In this document: piece by piece, positions 34,845 to 43,412 of the stretch
Numbering within the stretch: the first letter of the stretch is position 1
Layout of the letters: every line of letters starts with the position of its first letter
DNA from: Methanomassiliicoccales archaeon
GTDB lineage: Archaea; Thermoplasmatota; Thermoplasmata; RBG-16-68-12; SOIM01
Direction: 5' to 3'
NCBI GenBank assembly: GCA_030593295.1
Contig: JAUVHO010000005.1
Span: 9,827-73,826, forward strand
Length of the DNA: 64,000 nucleotides
Notes under the pieces: model-generated
What the model was told of the DNA's origin: nothing
Database searches by the model: none
Seen by the model: the letters and a program-made list of their open reading frames with translations, nothing else
Position numbers and translations under genes: made by a program

Positions 34845-35921
34845 ATGACCAGTGACTTCACGCCTTACCAAGTGGACAAGGCAACCTACGAACGATTCGA
34901 CCAGAAGATGATTTGTTTTTCCAGATGGAGATGGGACGAGGATTTCATCGCTTACGGCAAGGGGATATATGACAATGCGCCTGCCAAGATCGCACAGGGA
35001 CTGGAAGGATACTCGAAAGAAGAGTTCGTGGCAATAGAGGCCACCTGGCACGTTCACGACACCTTCGCCAGAATAAAGGCACTGAACGCGGGTGAGCTTG
35101 AGAGGGATTCTTTTCCGAATAAGATAGGTGATGTCTCGGGCTATACGCCGGAGAGCAACTCGGCGCAGGTCAAGAAGTTCGTCAAGGGTCTCGGATCTTC
35201 GACGGTGGGAACGACTAGAGTCAATCCGGACTGGGTCTATACCAGCGATGTCAGGGGGAACGCCCTGAACTTGGAGAACCTCCCATATGCTGTCGTGTTC
35301 GCGGTCCCAATGGACCAGGCCAAGCTGAAGAGGTCTCCGTCCTATGTTGCCTCGGCGGCTGTTGGTGTTGCCTATTCGAGGTGCAGGTTCATCGCAGAGA
35401 GCCTGGCAGAGTTCATCAAGCGTTTGGGTTACAATGCCTTACCAGCAGTGAATGAGACTGCAATCTCTGTCCCTCTTGCCATTGATGCTGGCCTGGGAGA
35501 GTTCGCGAGGAACGGCCTCCTGATCGGGGAGAAGTACGGAATGGGTGTGAGAATCGGCAAGGTTCTGACTGACATGCCCCTGGCTCAAGACACGCCTGTG
35601 AACCTGGGGGTGAGGAGATTCTGCACGAAATGCAGGAAGTGTGCCGAGAACTGTCCCGTGAATGCGATCTCCTTCGAGGATCAACCTGACGGAAAGACAT
35701 TGACAAAATCAAACAACCCAGGAATCCTGAAATGGTACGTTAACGTGGACAGATGTTACAGCTTCTGGACCCGCAACAGCTCCGACTGCTCCAATTGCAT
35801 TACTAGCTGCCCCTTCACCAAGCCGGATAATTGGCTCCACAGCACGACAAGGTCCGTCATCAAGCGAACTGGAGCATTTGACAGACTATTGGTGAAGATG
35901 GACAATGCATTGTATGGGTGA
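34845..35921 (+). CDS. reductive dehalogenase/QueG-superfamily Fe-S protein, no TAT signal
   Basis: Two ferredoxin-type clusters near the C-terminus (CTKCRKCAENCPVNAI and CSNCITSCPF). The overall length and layout are RdhA-like. Confidence 0.5.
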   Translation: MTSDFTPYQVDKATYERFDQKMICFSRWRWDEDFIAYGKGIYDNAPAKIAQGLEGYSKEEFVAIEATWHVHDTFARIKALNAGELERDSFPNKIGDVSGYTPESNSAQVKKFVKGLGSSTVGTTRVNPDWVYTSDVRGNALNLENLPYAVVFAVPMDQAKLKRSPSYVASAAVGVAYSRCRFIAESLAEFIKRLGYNALPAVNETAISVPLAIDAGLGEFARNGLLIGEKYGMGVRIGKVLTDMPLAQDTPVNLGVRRFCTKCRKCAENCPVNAISFEDQPDGKTLTKSNNPGILKWYVNVDRCYSFWTRNSSDCSNCITSCPFTKPDNWLHSTTRSVIKRTGAFDRLLVKMDNALYG

Positions 35922-36066
35922 CAATGCCCAGTCAAGAGGCCCTGATTTCAGCCAACCTTGTAGACAACACTTCGAAAGCACTTGAGCAGTTTGATCTTTC
36001 ACCAATAATACCCACTATGAAGTTTTGAGACAATCGTCTGAGTAAGCAACACTGGCTGGCATTTTC

Positions 36067-37026
36067 TCAGGAGGACTTCTCGAGACTTTTCAGCATTCGC
36101 TTCGCAGTGGACAGTAGCTGATCATATGTGAGAATCTTCATCCGATTCAGGTACGCATTATGGATTCTGAGATTCTTATCCACTTCAGCGTCTGATCTGC
36201 CAATTACTATTCGACCTTCCGGTTTGAGAATATCCATCTTGAGCTCTGTGTAGTGTTGTGTATAAAGAGTGTCGCATTTGTGCAAATACTGAATCATCTG
36301 TGAGATTGCATTCTTTGAAATCGCACTCAGTCTACTTCGTGAAAAGATCTTGGCATCGGCTTTCTTGAGTTCTACGATGTTGTAGAATCCATCAAGACGT
36401 TCCAAGAGGAAATCGCCTCTGAGTTTAAATCCAATCTGCTGTTCAGATCTCGCTGAAACATACTGGGGACCGAAAATCCAATGGTTCTCTTTCAAGAAAG
36501 TATGAAGTTCTCTCTCTTTCTCGCTTGTGGCGAGGAGTCTCTCGAATGCTTTGAGGGTTGCCTTATGCTGAGGAAGTTTGGTCTTCATCTGAGACTCAAG
36601 AGTGGTTTTGAGGTTTCTCCTCATCCTTAGGACATCGTTCTGCATGTCCCTCATTTCCCTCGTCCTCTGTTCTATCACCTTCTCTTTTCTCATAAGTGCC
36701 TGCTTGTGCTTCTTGACACTTATGAAGTCCTCGCCTTGAAGTGGTTCGATTTCAAATTCTGACCATCCAAGATATCTAGCGAGAGAGCCGTCAACCAAAC
36801 GACAAATCTGCCTCCAATGGTCCTCTCTATTGATGCGAATGCCTGAGTTTATCACTCTTCCTCCAGCATCCCACCATTTCCTGATCTTTAAGTACCTGAC
36901 CCCAGAATCCTCTTCTCTAACCTCGACTCGGAGGCCCCCTTTCCTGCCCATCATGTATATGTCGTCTTGAACTACAGTTCTGTCCATCTGTCTTTCTCTC
37001 ATTCCGTTCTCTTCCTTCTGTTCCAT
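36067..37026 (-). CDS. Shedu-like defence nuclease (DUF4263/SduA C-terminal domain)
   Basis: ORF 36067..37161. The likely start is the ATG at 37026, behind GGGAGGG. The C-terminal region reads FLKENHWIFGPQYVS...RGDFLLERLDGFYNIVELKKADAKIF...GRIVIGRSD...ILTYDQLL, which is the PD-(D/E)xK layout of DUF4263. Confidence 0.65.
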   Translation of the reverse strand: MEQKEENGMRERQMDRTVVQDDIYMMGRKGGLRVEVREEDSGVRYLKIRKWWDAGGRVINSGIRINREDHWRQICRLVDGSLARYLGWSEFEIEPLQGEDFISVKKHKQALMRKEKVIEQRTREMRDMQNDVLRMRRNLKTTLESQMKTKLPQHKATLKAFERLLATSEKERELHTFLKENHWIFGPQYVSARSEQQIGFKLRGDFLLERLDGFYNIVELKKADAKIFSRSRLSAISKNAISQMIQYLHKCDTLYTQHYTELKMDILKPEGRIVIGRSDAEVDKNLRIHNAYLNRMKILTYDQLLSTAKRMLKSLEKSS

Positions 37027-37218
37027 AGGGCTTCCCTCCCGAGCCCAAATGCTTCTGCATTCTAATAGGCTTTGCTGGATGGAGAACTGACCCGGGTAAC
37101 ATTGGTGAAGTGCTGTACAGAGTCTGGGGTTTCTGATATCATAGTCACCGACAATTATCAAATGAAACGCTCCGCTCGTAACATGGTTCCAAGCAACGTA
37201 GAGTGTGTTCCGTGTTCA

Positions 37219-37434
37219 CTATCTCTCGATCTCGAACGCGATCTTCAGATGCGCCCTGAAATTGACCACCTGGTCATTCTCTACGGTCGCCTTCAGGCCG
37301 ACAACATCCACTCCCTTTATCCCCCTGACAGTATTCTTGGCCTCTTCCAGACCTGCCTTGATAGCATCCTCGAACCCGGTCGGTGATGTGCTGACCAGCT
37401 CTATCACTTTAACAACATTCGCCAAATAGTTCAC
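37219..37434 (-). CDS. dodecin-family flavin-binding protein
   Basis: 71 aa: VKVIELVSTSPTGFEDAIKAGLEEAKNTVRGIKGVDVVGLKATVENDQVVNFRAHLKIAFEIE matches the dodecin pattern. Confidence 0.7.
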   Translation of the reverse strand: MNYLANVVKVIELVSTSPTGFEDAIKAGLEEAKNTVRGIKGVDVVGLKATVENDQVVNFRAHLKIAFEIER

Positions 37435-37488
37435 CTCCTCTCCTTTTGAAAGGGTATTCCCAAGGCACTAATAGTTATTTTGGGACGA

Positions 37489-37824
37489 CTACTCCCCGAA
37501 AGCCTCCAACGCCGCGGGCAGGCACGCCATCAACCCGTTCAAACCAGCAGCTGGTATGGTCACGAGCATGGAACCGAATATCTCGTCTTTGGTTGCCCCA
37601 CCCTCAAACGCCATCGGTATGTGGGCCTTCACTGCGTGCGCATTTCCCAAAGCGGTCTGGACGCCTATGTATATGAGATGTTTGGTCTTCTTGTCGGGGT
37701 ACGGATGTTCGTCCAGTGTACTGACAAAATCCGAGAATCGTTCGTAGATCTCCCCGCTTTCCTCCATGAACAGCTGGTAAGCCGACTTCTTCTGGACCAA
37801 GGAATCACCTTTCCGCTGGGTCAA
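37489..37824 (-). CDS. carboxymuconolactone decarboxylase (AhpD-like) family protein
   Basis: DKKTKHLIYIGVQTALGNAHAVKAHIPMAFEGGATKDEIFGSMLVTIPAAG fits the CMD-domain pattern. The CxxC motif is absent. Confidence 0.55.
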   Translation of the reverse strand: MTQRKGDSLVQKKSAYQLFMEESGEIYERFSDFVSTLDEHPYPDKKTKHLIYIGVQTALGNAHAVKAHIPMAFEGGATKDEIFGSMLVTIPAAGLNGLMACLPAALEAFGE

Positions 37825-37877
37825 TCATCCTTGTTGGTTATTTGTCTTTTGGAGTAGCCCTCATATCGTTAAGAAAG

Positions 37878-37892
37878 AAAAAAAGGGGAGGC
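37878..37892 (-). terminator. C-rich plus T7 terminator-like tract
   Basis: The minus strand reads GGCCTCCCCTTTTTTT, the same style as the three units downstream of ftsZ. It lies downstream of the 38085..38348 ORF. Confidence 0.4.
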
Positions 37893-38084
37893 CAGTGCGT
37901 TCTAGAGAGGGGAAGGTGGGACACTTCTAGGAGAGAAGGGGACTTTTGATCCCAAAACGCGGGTCTCCACATGCCAAACGCACCAGGCCTGCCCTATACA
38001 GCAACGTTCCGAAGCAATCACTCCCTCCACATCGGGCCGTTCTTGCTTTCATCGTCATTCTTTGTATCCTCCAATTCCGCTGGG

Positions 38085-38348
38085 TCAGCCGATCTCAGTG
38101 ACATTTGCGGTGCGGTAACCGCCACTGGTATTGAACACTCCCCAAGCATCGTGGAACCGTCCCTCGGAGTTCTTCAGGATGTATTGCACCCCGCCTCTCC
38201 TTGGGCACGTATAGCAGTTCTTCGAGTGGGCGTAACACAAACTCCGGAACCTGCAATTAAGCGCCAGCTCACTTCTCTTTGTAGCGAGATCCACTATTCT
38301 GATGTCTCCAGACATCTTCTGGGACACCTCTCCTCCTATTTCGTCCAT
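38085..38348 (-). CDS. Cys-rich hypothetical protein
   Basis: 87-aa ORF containing CRFRSLCYAHSKNCYTCPRRG. I recognised no family. Confidence 0.35.
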   Translation of the reverse strand: MDEIGGEVSQKMSGDIRIVDLATKRSELALNCRFRSLCYAHSKNCYTCPRRGGVQYILKNSEGRFHDAWGVFNTSGGYRTANVTEIG

Positions 38349-38516
38349 ATCTTCACCCAGGTATATTCTCTGGAGCTGGTGGTATATGAGGTTTCTAGTC
38401 CGAAGTTCTCCCTGTGACGAACGTGGAATGGACAGGATTGGTACAATAATTGGTTATGAGAAGATGTTCCTGAGATTGGAAAAATGCAAAAGGGATGATC
38501 CCATTCACGACATCGA

Positions 38517-38978
38517 ATGAAGTTCGAAGTGATCGCCAGGGCCATAATAATAGTTGAAGGGAAGGTCCTGTGCCAGAGGAATGTGGAAAAGGATGAATAC
38601 GCCCTGCCAGGAGGCCATATCGAGAGGGGGGAGACGGTCCGGGAGACGCTGATAAGAGAGCTCGAGGAAGAGACCGGGATGCCCATATTCGTGGGGAAGT
38701 TGACGTACATCAACGAGAACTTCTTCGAGCAGGATGGAGAGGAGATTCATGAAATTGGATTCTACTTCTTATCAAGCATCATCGGAGATATTCCCGAGAC
38801 GATAGAGAGCAGGGAGGAACACATCGACTTCAGGTTCATCGACCTCGATCATTTGGAAGACAAAGATGTGTATCCCCGTTTCCTCAGGACGGTCCTGCCC
38901 GAGGATGCGAAGAAGAACTTCTCCGATGCGTTGAAGCACGTGATCCAGAAAGGGGAAGAAGAGCACTGGACAGAGTGA
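38517..38978 (+). CDS. NUDIX hydrolase
   Basis: The Nudix box GGHIERGETVRETLIRELEEETG is present. Confidence 0.85.
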   Translation: MKFEVIARAIIIVEGKVLCQRNVEKDEYALPGGHIERGETVRETLIRELEEETGMPIFVGKLTYINENFFEQDGEEIHEIGFYFLSSIIGDIPETIESREEHIDFRFIDLDHLEDKDVYPRFLRTVLPEDAKKNFSDALKHVIQKGEEEHWTE

Positions 38979-39024
38979 TTTCTGCAAAACTAATTATCCA
39001 AGTTGCTGACTATCAGGAAACGAC

Positions 39025-39933
39025 ATGCCGTTGTTCCGCAGGAAGAAGCCAAAAGCTCGAAAGGTCCACATGAGGAAGTACTACCGGAAGGACGGGAGCA
39101 CGATCGAGCTGACAGAGGCGCAGGACAGAGAGACCAGGGAACTGGATGCCGAACTGAACTGGGACAAACCCGAGAGGTTGAAGGAGATAGGGAAGGCGTG
39201 CATTCAGAGCAAGTACTTCGACCTTGCCGAATGGATCTTCGAGAGGGTGATGGAGCTGGACAGGGATGATGATGAGGTCATCATAGAGTTCACCAGCGCC
39301 CTGCTCAACCAGGAGAGGTGGGACGAGGCGGAGGAGATGATGTCCGGATTTCTCATGACCAGCCCGCGTTCGTCGGTCGGTCATCAGTTCATGGCGGCAA
39401 TCCACGAGAAGAGGGGAGAGGACGAGGAAGCGATGGAAGAGATGAACAAGGCGCTCGAGTGCGACCCCAACAATGAGAAGGTCCTGTGGATGGTATACTG
39501 GAAGATGCACAAGGTCTCCGGGGACAATGGCGCACTGAAGAAGATGCAGGAACTGGCCACCGAGTTCCCTCAGGCATGGGGACCGATGAACATAATGGCA
39601 AGACACTACGAGGACCTGAACCCGGATGTGGCCATGGAACATTACGAGACCGCGTTGAGAAAGGACGATGCCGACCCGATACTCATCTCATACTCCGCTT
39701 TCATGGGGAAGATTGGCAACCACAAGGAGATGATAAGGGTGATAGAGGAGAGCAGGAAGAAGAAGGAGGTGGACTTCAGGGTCCTGTTCAACCTCGGAGA
39801 AGCGTACCTGGAAGAGGGTAGGGTGGATGAGGCTCACGAGATATCCATCGAGCTCCAGGCCGTGGTACCGCCACCCTATCTGGGCAGGTTAAAGGACTTC
39901 GTTCACAGGGTCCATTCCGCCAAACGAGGATGA
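39025..39933 (+). CDS. TPR-repeat protein
   Basis: 302 aa with repeated 34-aa helical units (e.g. KYFDLAEWIFERVMELD, EEAMEEMNKALECDPNN). Confidence 0.6.
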   Translation: MPLFRRKKPKARKVHMRKYYRKDGSTIELTEAQDRETRELDAELNWDKPERLKEIGKACIQSKYFDLAEWIFERVMELDRDDDEVIIEFTSALLNQERWDEAEEMMSGFLMTSPRSSVGHQFMAAIHEKRGEDEEAMEEMNKALECDPNNEKVLWMVYWKMHKVSGDNGALKKMQELATEFPQAWGPMNIMARHYEDLNPDVAMEHYETALRKDDADPILISYSAFMGKIGNHKEMIRVIEESRKKKEVDFRVLFNLGEAYLEEGRVDEAHEISIELQAVVPPPYLGRLKDFVHRVHSAKRG

Positions 39934-39979
39934 ATTGCCCCAAAAGATACAAATATCTCCGAATTCTGTTCAGCCACCG

Positions 39980-41887
39980 ATGAAGAGGGTTTCGCTTGCT
40001 GCAGTTCTAATCGCGATAATCCTTGCAACCCTGATGATAGCCCAGACTGCATCTCTCGGTCAAATGGATGAGAGAATCTCCATCGAACCTGATGAGGAGC
40101 CGTACTCGGGCGAACCTTGGGAACACATTTTCACAGTGGACGGCCAGTGGGCGATTGCCATCACACCCTACAACGGTAACCTGTACCTGGCGGAAAGGGA
40201 CTACATGAATCACACTGCCTGGATATACGAGTCCACCGACGGAACCAACTTCACAAAGAAGTACAACACCAACTCGGACCAGGTCTTCGTGATGAGCGTC
40301 AACCCGCTCAACAACACACTGTACATCGGAACGCTGTGGAGAATCGGCCAGGGGATCGGCGGCCTGTTCTACGTGAACAATGGGAACTTTGGGGAGTTCG
40401 ATACGGACACGTGGTGGAACAGCAGCACCAGCATCCCCGCGGTGCCTCTTTCGATGCGCGTGCACAACGGCAGGTTCTTCGTCGGGGGCCTGTCCTGGGG
40501 GAACGTCGGCGAGAGCGGGAACAAGATGTGGGTGAAATACGAGGACCCCAGCACTGGATGGGCGTGGACCGACATGAGCTCCAGCCGGGTCGGAACGGCA
40601 ATAGAGGCCTACTCGATGGAAGAGTATTATGGAAAACTGTATGCTGGCACTTTCGAACCTGCGAAGGTGGTCGTGTACGATGATGCATCCAACATGTGGA
40701 ACAATTCGTTAACGGGAATAGTTGACGGACCCACCATAGGCAACTCGGGCGTGGTCGAGCTCATAAACTACAGCGATGGACTGCACGGACTCACCTGGAA
40801 ATATGGTTGCGATTGGATCTACGACGGAATCAGCTGGCAGGGAGGTAACGTCTCCCAGTACGGCGGTTTTGGAAGGGCCATCGTGCACAATGGCACCCTG
40901 TATGCAGGTACTACTCCCTTTTACTCCGAAGACGGAATCAAACCCTGGACCTGGAGCAACATCTCCTCGTACGACGGCCTGAGCTGGTCGGACGTGGAGC
41001 CCATAGACACCATACTCCCCCTGTACTTCGCCGAGCACAACGGATTCATCTATGCAACGGCTGGGAGAAGGGTGTACCGAATGGACGCCAACGCCTCTCC
41101 GCCCCCGATCACCGATCCTCCGAAGAACCTCCATGCAAGACTGGAAGGGCCGGGTCTGGTCAGCGTTAACATCACATGGGACCTTTCCGAGCAGGATCGG
41201 TGGGTCACCAACTACACGGTCTATCACAGCAACACCTACAGGAGCGATAGGATGGGTTACCAGTTCCTTAGAGAGTTTCCGAAGGGGACGACCAACTTCA
41301 TTCACGCATTTGCCGGTCACGGGGACGGCCAGAACCACTTCTATTACGTCCAGGCCAACGGCACCAACAGTTCCGCCCAGAGCGTTCTGCAGGTGGGCAA
41401 GTTCACCAGGGACGTCTCACTTGGTGCTCAGCTGATCTCCATTCCGTTGGAACAACAGGACAACTCCCTCTCATCGGTGTTTGCCACTGTGGATTACGAA
41501 AGGATATGGACCTACGACAGCGCCCCAGGGAGCGGAGGTTGGAAAGAACACGACCCCGGCAAGCCATGGCAGGACATTGAGTTCATTGATTTTGAGAGAG
41601 GTTACTGGGTGGAAGTGAATTCCCCGGGCCCGATGACGGTAGCTGGAAGGGTGCCGGCATCCCCGGTCCTTCATCTGTACCCAGGATGGAACCTGATGTC
41701 GTTTCCGAGCTTCGAGAACTATGACGTGACCAGGGTTGTGTCAGAAACCGGTGCGACCAGGGTGGAAACAGGCGATCCAATGCGCGATCCATATCATCTT
41801 GTGCAGATCACTGGAACGGATTCACTGATGGCCGGCGAAGGTTACTGGATTCACGTTCCTGCAGGCGTGAACTGGGTTCTGGCCTAG
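39980..41887 (+). CDS. secreted beta-propeller-like protein with FN3 and a C-terminal module shared with the giant protein
   Basis: ORF 39935..41887 has a TTG start. The ATG at 39980 gives a signal or anchor (MKRVSLAAVLIAIILATLMIAQTAS). It has repeated YAGT/YIGT blades, an FN3 (PPKNLHARLEGPGLVSVNITWDL..YTVYHS), and VGKFTRDVSLGAQLISIPLE, which parallels VGKWTRTFEAGLNAFSLPLE in the 7785..13043 protein. Confidence 0.6.
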   Translation: MKRVSLAAVLIAIILATLMIAQTASLGQMDERISIEPDEEPYSGEPWEHIFTVDGQWAIAITPYNGNLYLAERDYMNHTAWIYESTDGTNFTKKYNTNSDQVFVMSVNPLNNTLYIGTLWRIGQGIGGLFYVNNGNFGEFDTDTWWNSSTSIPAVPLSMRVHNGRFFVGGLSWGNVGESGNKMWVKYEDPSTGWAWTDMSSSRVGTAIEAYSMEEYYGKLYAGTFEPAKVVVYDDASNMWNNSLTGIVDGPTIGNSGVVELINYSDGLHGLTWKYGCDWIYDGISWQGGNVSQYGGFGRAIVHNGTLYAGTTPFYSEDGIKPWTWSNISSYDGLSWSDVEPIDTILPLYFAEHNGFIYATAGRRVYRMDANASPPPITDPPKNLHARLEGPGLVSVNITWDLSEQDRWVTNYTVYHSNTYRSDRMGYQFLREFPKGTTNFIHAFAGHGDGQNHFYYVQANGTNSSAQSVLQVGKFTRDVSLGAQLISIPLEQQDNSLSSVFATVDYERIWTYDSAPGSGGWKEHDPGKPWQDIEFIDFERGYWVEVNSPGPMTVAGRVPASPVLHLYPGWNLMSFPSFENYDVTRVVSETGATRVETGDPMRDPYHLVQITGTDSLMAGEGYWIHVPAGVNWVLA

Positions 41888-42861
41888 TCTTGGATCCTCT
41901 CGAAAAGAGTAGCTGCAAGTAACGGTAGGACGACGGTCGCGTCCCCATCTATCGTCACCTTATTGGCTTTGGATTTGACCTTGCCCCATGAAATGCCTTC
42001 TCTGATCCTAGCACCGGAGAGGCTCCCATCGAACTCCTGAGCGGTCGTGATGTAGACCACATAGTCCAAGCCGTCCCTGAACTGGTTCCACCACATGACG
42101 TGATGCTTGGATATCCCCCCGCCGATCATCAGAGCCCCCGTCGCCCCCGCTTCGAAGACGATGTCCGCCAGTTCCTTCTCGTCCTGGAACAGGTCGATGG
42201 TGAAATCCTTGTGGTCCTGCCAGAAGCTCCACAGCTGATAGCCGACAGATCCATCAGTAATGCCAGGCACGTAAACGGGTATCCGGTTCTTCTCCGCCCA
42301 ATACAAGATGCTGCCCTCGTTCCCGGTCTCCCTGCCGAAATACCACGAGAGGTCCTTTGTGGAGACCTTCCTCTTGCCTTCATCCCAGAGCTTCTGAAGC
42401 ATGGGCTGGAGCTTCTCTTCCAGGATTATCCCGTAGCTCTCGTCGGGCACCAGAATGTTCCCCAGTCTGCTGATGCCCTCATCCCTCAGGCTGGAATCGT
42501 CCATGTCAAAAGAACCGTGATAATAATCCTTCCAGCACCTGGCCAGGTCGTGGTCCAACGTACCGCAGGTGGTCACGATGACATCAACCAGCTTCTTCCG
42601 GACCAGGTCCTTGATCACCCCTCGAACCCCCGTGGCAACGACGCATGCCGGGAAGGAGAGGAAAGTGACGCAATCCTTGTCAGTGACCATTCTCTCAAAG
42701 ATGTCGGCTCCCTCGGCGATCTTCTTGGCGGTGAACCCGCCGGCTTCTTCGAACCCTTTCATCAGGTCGTCCAGACCTTGTACATCCTCCAGATGGATGT
42801 CCTTGACCTTTCTGCCTGGGTCTTCATCGGGACACATGTGCGAGTTGAATGTTTGTCTCAT
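41884..42861 (-). CDS. dys: deoxyhypusine synthase
   Basis: Motifs seen: MIGGGISKHHVMW, VTTCGTLDHD, and a SLSGARIREGISWGK-type C-terminus. Confidence 0.9.
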   Translation of the reverse strand: MRQTFNSHMCPDEDPGRKVKDIHLEDVQGLDDLMKGFEEAGGFTAKKIAEGADIFERMVTDKDCVTFLSFPACVVATGVRGVIKDLVRKKLVDVIVTTCGTLDHDLARCWKDYYHGSFDMDDSSLRDEGISRLGNILVPDESYGIILEEKLQPMLQKLWDEGKRKVSTKDLSWYFGRETGNEGSILYWAEKNRIPVYVPGITDGSVGYQLWSFWQDHKDFTIDLFQDEKELADIVFEAGATGALMIGGGISKHHVMWWNQFRDGLDYVVYITTAQEFDGSLSGARIREGISWGKVKSKANKVTIDGDATVVLPLLAATLFERIQD

Positions 42862-42917
42862 TAAATAATACTGGTGGCAAAAGGATTATATTCCGGTCCA
42901 ATCGTGTAATACTGGAG

Positions 42918-43412
42918 ATGCTAGCTAAGGATATCATGGTTCAGGAGGTCGTCACTCTGCACCCAGAGGATACGGTGGCCGAGGCGACCATGAAGTTCGC
43001 GGAGCACGAGGTGAGCGGGTGCCCGGTGGTGGACGATGAGGGAACGGTCGTTGGAATCCTCAGCGAAGCTGACATCCTCGCCCACCTCAAGACGCAGTAC
43101 AAGAGCCTCAAGATGAAGGTCCCGCCCGAGATCATGTTCGGCATCTCTTTCGAGGAGAAGGTCAAGGAGAAGGAGATGGTCAAGGCCTTTGACGAGATCG
43201 GCGGTGCAAAGGTCAGGGACGTGATGAGAAGGAACGTGATCATGGCCCCCGCAAATGACACCGTCCAGAGCGTCGTGAGAAAAATGGTGAAGAACAAGAT
43301 AAACAGGGTGCCGGTGACAAGGGATGGGAAACTCGTGGGCATAGTCACGAGGGGGGATGTGATGCTCGGCCTTTACCAGAACGATAACTCTACTCCCAGA
43401 AAAAGCTCCTGA
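42918..43412 (+). CDS. CBS-domain pair protein
   Basis: ORF 42849..43412, starting at the ATG at 42918 (MLAKDIMVQEVVTLHPEDTV). The second CBS unit is VRDVMRRNVIMAPANDTV..INRVPVTRDGKLVGIVTRGDV. Confidence 0.8.
   Translation: MLAKDIMVQEVVTLHPEDTVAEATMKFAEHEVSGCPVVDDEGTVVGILSEADILAHLKTQYKSLKMKVPPEIMFGISFEEKVKEKEMVKAFDEIGGAKVRDVMRRNVIMAPANDTVQSVVRKMVKNKINRVPVTRDGKLVGIVTRGDVMLGLYQNDNSTPRKSS

Noticed and set aside
37900-37943. Two tandem purine-rich units (TTCTAGAGAGGGGAAGGTGGGACAC / TTCTAGGAGAGAAGGGGAC) upstream of the CMD-family gene
   Set aside because: There are only two short, imperfect copies and the sequence is low-complexity purine-rich. I could not distinguish them from chance or tie them to any feature.
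41884-41887. Convergent genes (secreted propeller protein and dys) sharing overlapping TAG stops through the palindrome CTAG
   Set aside because: The overlap is real but trivial, a compact-genome coincidence with no functional implication that I can support.
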